DNA from: a virus
Lineage: Duplodnaviria; Caudoviricetes
Length of the DNA: 26,469 bases
IMG/VR virus record: IMGVR_UViG_3300050162_000108
Span: 1-26,469 of that record
Direction: 5' to 3' (one strand)
Positions 8,991-16,776 of the stretch are shown piece after piece (positions within the stretch are counted from its first letter, which is position 1; the number at the start of each line of letters is the position of its first letter). Made by a program: the position numbers and the translations under genes. The notes under the pieces were generated by a model, which did no database searches, was not told the DNA's origin, and saw nothing but the letters and a program-made list of their open reading frames with translations.

Positions 8991-9480
8991 ATTTCTTCAC
9001 CGGGGTCGGCTTGAGTGGCGCCCAAAGCACTTGCGCCGCGCCATTTCCAATCTCACAGATCGTTACCACCGACCCAGTATGCATTGGAATGATCTGCCCG
9101 CGCTCTCCGCCCAAAAGCACGTGGGCATCCAGCAGACGACCAAATAGACTCAAATCGTGACACGCCACACTGCCGTCTGGTTCGATCCGATCATACAGCT
9201 TGCGCCAGTCGGGGAAGTCATCCACGTTGCCACATTCGGCCATTGCTCCGGTCTCGCTGAAAACAAACCCCCCCTCGACGCTCAGCGAATCCCCAGCAAC
9301 GTCGCAGGGTAGCAGCACCGATTCCAGATCACCGCCAGCCTCGACCGGCATGATGAAACACTGCAAACGATCCGTTGCAACGATGCAACATGCCTTCGCA
9401 TCAAACAGGATGGCGGCAGGCTTCTGGGCAAATAGTCGGGCCGCGTCCAGTGCGCCGACGGGCAGTTCAATTGTCAACAT
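8977..9480 (-). CDS. Hypothetical protein with beta-clamp (DnaN)-like motifs
   Basis: Start at ATG 9480 coupled to the upstream stop (TAATG). IVATDRL, DDFPDWRKL and C-terminal VLWAPLK echo the clamp motifs VATDGHRL, GxFPDYRRV and VVMPMR. Confidence 0.55.
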   Translation of the reverse strand: MLTIELPVGALDAARLFAQKPAAILFDAKACCIVATDRLQCFIMPVEAGGDLESVLLPCDVAGDSLSVEGGFVFSETGAMAECGNVDDFPDWRKLYDRIEPDGSVACHDLSLFGRLLDAHVLLGGERGQIIPMHTGSVVTICEIGNGAAQVLWAPLKPTPVKKYDFA

Positions 9481-9659
9481 TAGGCGACTCTCACAATCTG
9501 CCCATTGCTGCGATATGCCTCGCATGCGGCCTCGGTGAATGAGTCAAAAACATACGCGGGAATGTCCGGGGAGTTTGACCAAACCGAAGGGCTGATCGCC
9601 GTCAAGGCCCGGATCGTTCCGCTAATCTCGGAAATGATGATGTACTGGGGAATGCCCAT
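9480..9659 (-). CDS. Small hypothetical protein, 59 aa
   Basis: AAGGAG SD ahead of ATG 9659 (MGIPQYIIISEISG...). First gene after its own promoter. Confidence 0.65.
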   Translation of the reverse strand: MGIPQYIIISEISGTIRALTAISPSVWSNSPDIPAYVFDSFTEAACEAYRSNGQIVRVA

Positions 9660-9688
9660 TTGTGTGTCTCCTTGGGTATGGAGATTCC

Positions 9689-9717
9689 AGCGTAACACAC
9701 TTTGACGCAATAGGCAA
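9689..9717 (-). promoter_or_regulatory. Sigma70-like promoter of the accessory island
   Basis: TTGCCT-N17-TACGCT directly after a terminator. The leader resembles that at 24055-24096. Confidence 0.55.
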
Positions 9718-9739
9718 AAATAAACCCGCTTCGGCGGGT
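9716..9739 (-). terminator. Rho-independent terminator
   Basis: ACCCGC-CGAA-GCGGGT-TTATTTTT. Confidence 0.8.
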
Positions 9740-9758
9740 AGACGTGTGCGAGGGCTGC

Positions 9759-9968
9759 TCAGTGTTGCAGCGCCACCTTAAGCACCGCACCAGCCAGGAA
9801 TATCACGATGCCAAAGACACAACCGCCAATCGCCAAGGTGACGCCCTCGTAGATGCCGAGACAAATAGCCCGGATCGGCCCTTTCTCGCCATTCTCATAA
9901 ATGCGCCAGAATGAGCAAGCCAGCACCATCAGTCCAATCAACCCGAATATCTGAGCCATTTGCATCAC
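9759..9968 (-). CDS. Small two-TM membrane protein
   Basis: 69 aa with two hydrophobic segments and SD TAAGGAG. Confidence 0.65.
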   Translation of the reverse strand: MMQMAQIFGLIGLMVLACSFWRIYENGEKGPIRAICLGIYEGVTLAIGGCVFGIVIFLAGAVLKVALQH

Positions 9969-9980
9969 TCGCTCCTTATG

Positions 9981-10754
9981 TCAAATAGGAAGTATACTAC
10001 GGCTAGAACATCTACAGTTTATGAGCTGTCCAGGTTGTAGATACTCACCACTGATCAGACACCCCGTGTCTATGTTGAACCGCTTGCCGTCAGCGGCTAC
10101 ATGGTCCGGGCGCGGCTCCTTGCCAGCATGCGAGTGCAGCCACTCTGCTTCCGTGATGCCTAGCTCCATGCGCCTGGCGCGGGTCGCCGCAGCGGTCAGC
10201 TTGTTGGACTGGTCGCGGGCAATGAGCGCGGCGCGGCGCTTCGTTACGCCGAACTCCTTTTGCAGGTCCGTGCTCATGGTCGAGAGGTCGCGCCCTTGCA
10301 CAAACGACCGCATCACGATGCCTTCCACGCGGCCCAGGTACTGCTGAGGGATAGACTTGATCAGTGCGACATTCTCACTGATCGACGCATTGAGAATGTC
10401 TCGGGTTACCGGTGTCATCTCGAATTGCACGGTCCATCCCGCATCTGCAAGCGCAGCCTTGAACGCCGAGTCGTGCGCCTTGAATGTACCATTAGCGAAC
10501 CCATCAGCAATCTTAGCGGACATATCATCGAATCGCTTGATCCATCGTTTCCCCAGGTTCTTGAGCATCTGCTGCATCAGTTTGGACGGCGACGCATCTT
10601 GCGCCATTTCCGGGCCGTCCTTGCGGTATTGCTCCCGCACTCCCTCCGCAACCGACGCGCCCATTTCCTTGATCAGCGCGTCAAGCTGTTTACGGTAACG
10701 CGCCTCAACCCCAGAGTTAGGCTTGACGGCGCGACAGGTTTTATACTTTCGCAT
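9981..10754 (-). CDS. Minor head / head morphogenesis protein (Mu gpF / SPP1 gp7 family)
   Basis: ENVALIKSIP, RAALIARDQ.NK, W.HS....EPR.DH, PGQLINCRC. Confidence 0.9.
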   Translation of the reverse strand: MRKYKTCRAVKPNSGVEARYRKQLDALIKEMGASVAEGVREQYRKDGPEMAQDASPSKLMQQMLKNLGKRWIKRFDDMSAKIADGFANGTFKAHDSAFKAALADAGWTVQFEMTPVTRDILNASISENVALIKSIPQQYLGRVEGIVMRSFVQGRDLSTMSTDLQKEFGVTKRRAALIARDQSNKLTAAATRARRMELGITEAEWLHSHAGKEPRPDHVAADGKRFNIDTGCLISGEYLQPGQLINCRCSSRSILPI

Positions 10755-12390
10755 TCACTTTGTCCGGAACAAGTTCCGATGCTTGGGGCGGGGTGGTCAA
10801 AAGTGTGGCTGCCGCTTCGGGCGTTAAGCCGAATGCTTGTTGCAAGATTGCCAACCCCGCCTCATGTGCGAGTGTTCCGACCGCGACGGCTTGTGATACT
10901 TCAATCATGGAACTAACTTGCGCGCCATTTAGAGTCGGTGCTGATGTCGCCAATTCGGCTTGCGATTCTGCCGGCCTATCCTCACCATCGTCCGGCTCCG
11001 GTTCTGCGTCAGGCATCACCACCACGCTGGTATCCAGCCCATCCCAGCCCGACGCTGGATCGCGGGCCAGCTTCTCGCGCACTTCTTCTTGATCCACTAC
11101 CGAGCGATCCAGATAGATCGCATCCGCCTGGGCATCGCTAAGCCGGATCGCGGATTCCTCCTGTGGCGTCATTTGCCACAGCGGTCGGAATTTGATGCAA
11201 ATGCTATCGTCAATCTCGCCCCACAAATGCAGCATAATGACCTTGATGCAAGTGGTCAGAGGTTCGAGATAGTACGCTTCCTGGATCGCGCTGATCCAAT
11301 CGTAGAACACCCTGATCTCGCCATCACTCGATGCGTTCAGCCCAGACGGGCTAATGCCGGTCAGGATGATAGCGGGGGTGCGGCTGATGCTGCACATATG
11401 TTCCTGCGCCTGGGCTTGCAGCTCATGCAAGCCACCAAGCGGCGTGTTGACCTGTATCAACTCCTCGCGGTCTTTGTCCAGTAGCATCAGCCCCTTGTTG
11501 CTACGGGTGGCCGTGAACAGATCGGCCCGAGCAAAAACGTCTTGCCCATCGTCGTTACCCTGTAGCACCTGGTCCATGCTGGTGGCGAGGACGCTAGTCG
11601 AGAAATTGTTGATCAGATCAGACACGGCTTGGCGGGTGCGCAGCCAGTTTTCAACGTACGGCTCGGCAATCTGGCTCAGCGACATGCCGGAGAAATTGTA
11701 CGCGGGCTTGAGCATGTCCGGCAGGGGGCGTGTGATGATCGTCAGCAGCCGGGACGCGTGGACCTCTTGACCGAGCATGAACCAATTAGTCGGTCGGTAG
11801 AAGTCCGGCGCGGCCGGGTCAAGGGCATTATACGCGCTCGGTGTTGTCCACATGGCCTCAACCGTGGTAAACGACTTGAGGGAGCCGACCGGGATAGTGG
11901 CCGGGGACAACACCAGCGGCACTTTGCGGTCCTGCCCGCTGAGGTTGATGAATATCTGCCCGCGCCCGAAGAAGCAATCGTGTGTTGCGGCTAACTGAAA
12001 CAGTCCCTTGAGTTTGAACCGCTCGATCGCTTTCGTCAGCTCGGCAATGCGCGGATTGGTTTTGTCGTCCGCTTCGTCGTCAGTGCTAGACAGCGCGATC
12101 CATTCCCGCGTTAGCTCAGTTGCCATCGTGCTGGCTAGCTGCCGATACTCTCCCCGAGTAGTCAGATTCGCGAGATGCGGATAGCCTGGGAACGGAGCGA
12201 AACCCGTGGTCATGCTGCCCAGGTAGTCGTACGCCAGCGGTGAGTAGTCCATCGCAACGCCCGAGACACGCCCCTCTGGCACCACCCCCAGCGGCAATTC
12301 TGGGGGTGCAAAACGAGGCGGGGGCAAGGGAGCGTCCATTGCCATGCGGTTAAGTGCGCGCCGCGCGCCGCCATTTCGCTTTTCTGCCAT
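10741..12390 (-). CDS. Portal protein (DUF1073-like)
   Basis: Follows terL. FPGYP.L, DFYRP..W, VHASRLL, YNFSGMSL.Q, LTGISPSGLNASSDGEIR.FYD. Start is probably ATG 12390. Confidence 0.9.
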   Translation of the reverse strand: MAEKRNGGARRALNRMAMDAPLPPPRFAPPELPLGVVPEGRVSGVAMDYSPLAYDYLGSMTTGFAPFPGYPHLANLTTRGEYRQLASTMATELTREWIALSSTDDEADDKTNPRIAELTKAIERFKLKGLFQLAATHDCFFGRGQIFINLSGQDRKVPLVLSPATIPVGSLKSFTTVEAMWTTPSAYNALDPAAPDFYRPTNWFMLGQEVHASRLLTIITRPLPDMLKPAYNFSGMSLSQIAEPYVENWLRTRQAVSDLINNFSTSVLATSMDQVLQGNDDGQDVFARADLFTATRSNKGLMLLDKDREELIQVNTPLGGLHELQAQAQEHMCSISRTPAIILTGISPSGLNASSDGEIRVFYDWISAIQEAYYLEPLTTCIKVIMLHLWGEIDDSICIKFRPLWQMTPQEESAIRLSDAQADAIYLDRSVVDQEEVREKLARDPASGWDGLDTSVVVMPDAEPEPDDGEDRPAESQAELATSAPTLNGAQVSSMIEVSQAVAVGTLAHEAGLAILQQAFGLTPEAAATLLTTPPQASELVPDKVNAKV

Positions 12391-12409
12391 ATGTCGCAAT
12401 CCTGGTAAT

Positions 12410-13861
12410 TTAGCGCCTAGTATACCCGCTTGCGCGTTCGAGCGCAGCTCTGGTGATTTTCAACTTGTTGTGCAATGGGAACAGATAGCGCGTCCCTTGC
12501 GTCAAGGCATCGACCTGATCATCGTGTGCCGCAGCAGGAAATGACAGCAATTCGCTCACCAGATCCTTGACCCAGGGCGCAATGTCCGGGTGCGGTAAAT
12601 ATAGGTTCCCAGCTTCCCAGAGATAGGTCATGGCGTGCGCCCTGGCCAGCTTCGACCCATCAGGTTCAATGGGGATCAGGCCGGGAACTTTGGGCTTAAG
12701 TGTGTCGATCACAGCGGGGCCATTCGCTTTGTCTTCGATCAGCGTCGCCCGGATCATCGGGAACTGTTCTCGCATCTCAACAACAGCGGTCACGGTTTTG
12801 GTGAAGCTCATGCGCTCGCGCTTTTGTCCCAGCAAATAGGCACTCGGCACCTTACGCCCCCAGACTTGTCCAACAACAAAGTCGGATCCATCAGTGTCCT
12901 TAAAAGTTGCGTCCCAACTGGCTACCACTTTGTCAAATTTCTCAGGCAGATCCTTCGGCAAATAGTAGCGCACGCCGTCCGCTTTGAACACGTTGCCGCC
13001 CGCTGCCCGAGGTGACTGCTGGTACATCGCGGCCCACCAGTATTCTGACATGCCGCGCTGGATCTCGAGCAGTTGTGCCAAGCTATGCAACTGCGGCACC
13101 AGCGGGCCGAGTGGCAAGTCTGGGTCGTAACCGGCTTCCCCTTCGGCATTGATCGCCGGGAACCGGAGGACTGTCAGGCGCGGGTCACCCGCCATATCGC
13201 TGATGATGCGACCGGCCAGATCGTCCTCGGCCCAGCTAGTCGCCATGACGATCTGGCCGGAGCATTCAGAGGCCCGGGTCTTGAAGACGGTTTGATACCA
13301 GTTCCAGTTTGTCTCTTTGCTGGTGGAGGATAACGCCTCTTTGGCATTTTTGACTGGGTCGTCAATGATGCCAATATCATACGGTCGGCCCGTCAGGCCC
13401 GCACCAATGCCGACGCCCAGGTAACTGCCCGTGCCGTTTGGGTTAGTGAACTCCCCCGCACGGCTCAGGGCGAACCGGTCACGTTTGGCGGGGGCTGGGA
13501 ACAGGCGAAGGTGCGCGTCACCGGCAATGGTGCGCCGTACGTCCTGGGCCATGCTGTTCGCTAGTTCGTCACTGTAGCTGGATCCAGCCAAGCGCATATT
13601 CGGGAATCGTCCGAACAGGTACGCAGGCAACTTACGAGATACGATCTCGGACTTGCCGTGCTGAGGTGGGGCTTGCAGGATCAGGACCGGCCGTTCACCC
13701 GCTTGCACTTGGGCAATGAACCGCTCTAGCGAGGCGCACACGCTGCGGCTGAACGCGCTGTGCTTGTATGCTGGATTGACGTAACTCAGGTATTCGCCAA
13801 GGTCAGTGCGCGCCATGCGCCTAGCCAGCAACTCGGCCGCAGCCTCCGCCTGGGTCGTCAT
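12410..13861 (-). CDS. terL: Terminase large subunit
   Basis: Walker A APPQHGKS, Walker B GIIDDP, nuclease residues SWDATFKD, IEDKANG, HDDQVDA. Confidence 0.95.
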   Translation of the reverse strand: MTTQAEAAAELLARRMARTDLGEYLSYVNPAYKHSAFSRSVCASLERFIAQVQAGERPVLILQAPPQHGKSEIVSRKLPAYLFGRFPNMRLAGSSYSDELANSMAQDVRRTIAGDAHLRLFPAPAKRDRFALSRAGEFTNPNGTGSYLGVGIGAGLTGRPYDIGIIDDPVKNAKEALSSTSKETNWNWYQTVFKTRASECSGQIVMATSWAEDDLAGRIISDMAGDPRLTVLRFPAINAEGEAGYDPDLPLGPLVPQLHSLAQLLEIQRGMSEYWWAAMYQQSPRAAGGNVFKADGVRYYLPKDLPEKFDKVVASWDATFKDTDGSDFVVGQVWGRKVPSAYLLGQKRERMSFTKTVTAVVEMREQFPMIRATLIEDKANGPAVIDTLKPKVPGLIPIEPDGSKLARAHAMTYLWEAGNLYLPHPDIAPWVKDLVSELLSFPAAAHDDQVDALTQGTRYLFPLHNKLKITRAALERASGYTRR

Positions 13862-14436
13862 GCTCCGCCTCGGGCAATACGTGCCAATTCGGCGTCGGAC
13901 ATCTCCGCAACAATGGTCACACCAGGCTGTTTCGGCGCGTCGTCATCGCTGATGTTGTAGGCCTTGCGCTCACCTGCATGGCGGATTGTCAGCATTTCTG
14001 CGGTGATCTTGGCGCATTTGAGTTGGTGGAAGCGTTGTGCTTCGGCTTTCTTGCCGTCTTCCGGCCCCACCACGCCATTTTCTGGCACCGGGACAGCCGG
14101 TTGCATCAACTCGATACCAAAAGCGTCTCTATGGGCCTCCCAGTCCATTTGCTGGCGTCGCATAATTTCCGCTTTGGCGTTGGCGGCTTCCAGGATCGAC
14201 TCGTACCGACGTTTTGAGGACGGTTCATTCACTATGTTTTGAACCCGTTCACGAGCAATTTTATTTGCTTGCTCGTTACCGTCCGAACCGTCGCTCCAGT
14301 TCTGCGCCTTCGACCGCTTGTGGATCAGCCCGACGCTCACGCCGTATTCCACGCTCAGCGCCTTGAAGCTGATGCGGTCAACTTCCCGCTTGATCCGAAT
14401 GTCCGCCCACTGATCCGGCGTCAATTTCTCAGCCAT
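13858..14436 (-). CDS. terS: Terminase small subunit
   Basis: Immediately upstream of terL with ATGA overlap. N-terminal HTH (W.DIR...E....SFKALSVEYGVS...IHKR...W) and C-terminus EMSDAELARIA. Confidence 0.8.
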   Translation of the reverse strand: MAEKLTPDQWADIRIKREVDRISFKALSVEYGVSVGLIHKRSKAQNWSDGSDGNEQANKIARERVQNIVNEPSSKRRYESILEAANAKAEIMRRQQMDWEAHRDAFGIELMQPAVPVPENGVVGPEDGKKAEAQRFHQLKCAKITAEMLTIRHAGERKAYNISDDDAPKQPGVTIVAEMSDAELARIARGGA

Positions 14437-14467
14437 GTCCCGTAATCCCACTTGTCGCAATAGTCAC

Positions 14468-14496
14468 AGTTTAGGGCATTCGATAAGGGCCTGCAA
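14468..14496 (-). promoter_or_regulatory. Candidate promoter for the packaging operon
   Basis: TTGCAG-N17-TAAACT about 30 nt upstream of terS. Confidence 0.45.
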
Positions 14497-14575
14497 CGAC
14501 CCCACAATACCCAACGCTACCCGGAACATTCTGGGCACTCTGAAATGCCCACCCCATAAGGCTTTCCTATTCTTT

Positions 14576-14747
14576 TACCCCTATACCCCAGCGAAATATA
14601 TAATGGTATGTATGGCACATCATGTATTACATTACGCATCATAATGTAATACCACATAAACGTATAAAAGAAGTGAAACGCCTATGGGGTAATGGAACTT
14701 TTTATAAGTACCTGATTTTAATGATGGTTTTCGTACCCTATACCCCA
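14576..14747. repeat. AT-rich origin-like element, copy B
   Basis: TACCCCTATACCCCAG (14576), CATAATGTAATA (14640), inverted TGGGGTA (14685), a further TACCCTATACCCCA (14734) and several ACCC boxes upstream. Lies in the divergent intergenic region. Confidence 0.75.
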
Positions 14748-14761
14748 CGACTAAACAGTGC

Positions 14762-14781
14762 TAAAATGTAATTACATTTTA
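14762..14781. promoter_or_regulatory. Perfect 20-bp palindrome (operator-like) overlapping an extended -10
   Basis: TAAAATGTAATTACATTTTA. It overlaps TGcTAAAAT and abuts the SD (AGGAG) of the 14796 gene. Confidence 0.7.
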
Positions 14782-14795
14782 TAGGAGCTACAACC

Positions 14796-15344
14796 GTGCC
14801 TACCATCCGCGACGAATTTTTCAAACAAGCGCTCGAACCGCTCCCAGCGACCGGGCGGTTACCGCTTGATATTGTAATGTCGGTGCAATTTGACACTAGG
14901 CGAGACGCCGCGAGGGCGGGAGAGGCTACTTATTTCACCGGGCAACCGTGCCGACATGGCCATTTATCTGACCGGTATACCTCAACCGGCAACTGTACCG
15001 AATGCCTCCGATCTGCCAGCGTAGCCAGCTACGCACGCGTAAAAACTGAGCTGTTGCGCCCTGACCTTCCGGTCATTCCAGAGTGCATTGCGGGAAAAGG
15101 GAAGGCTACCCTCAAACCGTGCATGACCTGCCCACGCATGAACGCGGGCTGTAAAGGCTCCCAGTATTCACAAGTTGGAAACAGGGCCGTTCAGGCTTTT
15201 CCGGACTACCCACCGCTCCCGAGAGGAGTGGCCCGCGCTCGTAGATACCAGGTATTCATGCCCAATCATGAGTGCCCTTCATGCGGCCTACGCACGTGGC
15301 GAACGGCGAGGAGTGACGAGTGTTGCGGGTGTGGTTCCAAGTAA
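14796..15344 (+). CDS. Cys-rich putative Zn-binding / DNA-binding protein
   Basis: GTG start with AGGAG. YFTGQPCRHGH...RY.STGNCTEC module, a degenerate second copy (ARARR..VF.P..ECPSCG...R..RSDECCGC) and a central C..CxxC..C. Confidence 0.75.
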   Translation: MPTIRDEFFKQALEPLPATGRLPLDIVMSVQFDTRRDAARAGEATYFTGQPCRHGHLSDRYTSTGNCTECLRSASVASYARVKTELLRPDLPVIPECIAGKGKATLKPCMTCPRMNAGCKGSQYSQVGNRAVQAFPDYPPLPRGVARARRYQVFMPNHECPSCGLRTWRTARSDECCGCGSK

Positions 15345-15346
15345 CG

Positions 15347-15377
15347 CAAAAGGCCCGGAGATCCGGGCCTTGTTTTA
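15347..15377. terminator. Bidirectional intrinsic terminator between convergent genes
   Basis: AAAAGGCCCGGA-GA-TCCGGGCCTTGTTTT. Confidence 0.85.
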
Positions 15378-15509
15378 TTCTGCGTCTTTTTGCATCTTAA
15401 CTTTTACCTCAATGGTGAGTTGGTTGAATTCCTCCTCACTCATTTCTGCTCCAGTATCAAAAAATTCTCCCCAGAGTTGGAAGTTTGCAGCGATTTGTTC
15501 GTAGGTCAT
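15375..15509 (-). CDS. acrIE4: Anti-CRISPR AcrIE4-like protein (44 aa)
   Basis: True start ATG 15509 (SD GGAG): MTYEQIAANFQLWGEFFDTGAEMSEEEFNQLTIEVKVKMQKDAE. It matches the AcrIE4 pattern as I recall it (TYEQIA..F.LWGE..D..AEM.EEEF..L..E.KV.MQ). 10 D/E versus 3 K. Confidence 0.8.
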   Translation of the reverse strand: MTYEQIAANFQLWGEFFDTGAEMSEEEFNQLTIEVKVKMQKDAE

Positions 15510-15540
15510 TTTGTATCTCCGGTTGCGTTTCGATGTGGTA

Positions 15541-15581
15541 ACTATAGCAAACACTATCCGACCCGTCAAATAATATTACAT
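15541..15581 (-). promoter_or_regulatory. Strong sigma70 promoter of the acrIE4-like gene
   Basis: ATGTAATATTAT-TTGACG-N17-TATAGT, a near duplicate of 16987-17027. Confidence 0.85.
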
Positions 15582-15767
15582 ATTTTCTTTTTCCCACTGA
15601 TCTCTACACTCCGCATCGCACCATCGGCGGGGTGATTCTACGGGCTCGCCACACGACAGACATAGTCCGGTGCCACGGGGCCCCTCTGGGCGACGGTAGG
15701 TCATTGCTGCGGCCAGCAACATGGCTTCGTGCTCACTAGCTGCGTCAATCGGGTCTGCGTGTCTCAT
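15576..15767 (-). CDS. DksA/TraR-like C4 zinc-finger protein
   Basis: ADPIDAASE N-terminus and CLSCGEP....RRWCDAECRD. Confidence 0.75.
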   Translation of the reverse strand: MRHADPIDAASEHEAMLLAAAMTYRRPEGPRGTGLCLSCGEPVESPRRWCDAECRDQWEKENM

Positions 15768-16285
15768 GATTCGTTACTCCAGATAGTTTTCCCCAACATC
15801 TTCTTGCGGGACAATCCAATCAGATTCCGCTTAGTGAAAGCGTAACTCAAACCGGTACGAACTGCACGAACCGGCGTATCCAAGCGTTCGGCTATCTCCG
15901 CCGCACTAGATGGGCCTTGCTCTAACAAATCGGCCATTATGCGAGTGATGAATGAATCGGGCGCGCTGGGCGCAACACCAGGCAACAGGTATTCAAACGT
16001 GCGTCCGATGCCGCGTGGCACTTCCCTGATCGTTACTAACCCCCGTTCCCTGGCGTGCCGCATCGCGCACTGAGCTTGACTCAGCGTGCAGCGGGCTTCT
16101 ATAGCGAGTTCTGATGCTGAGCCCCGCCCATGCAGTCGCTCCAGTGCCTGATAGACTTGTTCCCGCACACTGCCTGGCTCGAAAGTTGCAACAGGTGCCG
16201 CCGCGGTTATAAATAAGGATGCGAGTGCGGTGTTCACATTACCCTCCGGCACCGTTTCCCGCGCCAGCCGTTCACGAGTGGTCAT
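15764..16285 (-). CDS. Tandem winged-HTH DNA-binding protein
   Basis: Two wHTH-like units (ALERLHGRGSASELA...ARERGLV; LLEQGPSSAAEIAERL...VRTGL). Start probably ATG 16285, in ATGA overlap with the upstream small ORF. Confidence 0.7.
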   Translation of the reverse strand: MTTRERLARETVPEGNVNTALASLFITAAAPVATFEPGSVREQVYQALERLHGRGSASELAIEARCTLSQAQCAMRHARERGLVTIREVPRGIGRTFEYLLPGVAPSAPDSFITRIMADLLEQGPSSAAEIAERLDTPVRAVRTGLSYAFTKRNLIGLSRKKMLGKTIWSNES

Positions 16286-16410
16286 CTGTTTTTCATCCAT
16301 ATAGCGGTTGCAACAACAATCAGCAATATCAGGCCAAACCCCACGGCTAGCGGGTCATCGCGCCGTGGGGAGCACGATAGGTGGAACGCCACTACTGTGC
16401 ACGCACTCAT
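16282..16410 (-). CDS. Small single-TM protein, 42 aa
   Basis: Below the track cutoff. MSACTVVAFHLSCSPRRDDPLAVGFGLILLIVVATAIWMKNR*, with ATGA overlaps at both ends. Confidence 0.65.
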   Translation of the reverse strand: MSACTVVAFHLSCSPRRDDPLAVGFGLILLIVVATAIWMKNR

Positions 16411-16643
16411 TTTTCAATCTCCTGACGTTCGGTTACCGTAAGCTCCCGCCCGTTATCCGCGGGATCTTCCGACACATCGACCGCCATGTCGCTCGCAGTC
16501 ATGAGCGCGTCAGAGGCGGCTTTGTGCACCGACGGAGACGTGATCACCACTGCCCTAGTCGGGTCGTATGTAATGTGGAACCGCACGCCGAACAGATTGG
16601 CTGCGATCACTAGGACTACTGTTACTCCGATGTACCGTATCAT
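16407..16643 (-). CDS. Small protein with an N-terminal TM/signal segment
   Basis: 78 aa, hydrophobic N-terminus and acidic tail, coupled to the next ORF. Confidence 0.6.
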   Translation of the reverse strand: MIRYIGVTVVLVIAANLFGVRFHITYDPTRAVVITSPSVHKAASDALMTASDMAVDVSEDPADNGRELTVTERQEIEK

Positions 16644-16776
16644 TTAACACCCCCAAGCATATCTCTCGTTTCGTTTTGCACTGCGGCGGGTCGGTGTCGT
16701 CTCTATCCCACACCAGCCCGCACGCCGAGCAGTGCATTTGGTCATTCATCCGGCGCGCCTGGCATTTAGACGGCAT
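16555..16776 (-). CDS. Small Cys-containing hypothetical protein
   Basis: C.A...NDQMHCSACGLVWD.DD.DPP.C motif. The start overlaps the end of the upstream gene. Confidence 0.65.
   Translation of the reverse strand: MPSKCQARRMNDQMHCSACGLVWDRDDTDPPQCKTKREICLGVLNDTVHRSNSSPSDRSQSVRRAVPHYIRPD

Noticed and set aside
9759-9968. Holin call for the two-TM protein
   Set aside because: No endolysin or spanin gene is adjacent, and topology alone is insufficient.
221-14445. Many plus-strand ORFs opposite the structural genes (e.g. 2807-3376, 7469-8284, 10260-10916)
   Set aside because: These are antisense shadows of GC-rich coding sequence with no recognisable motifs or SDs.
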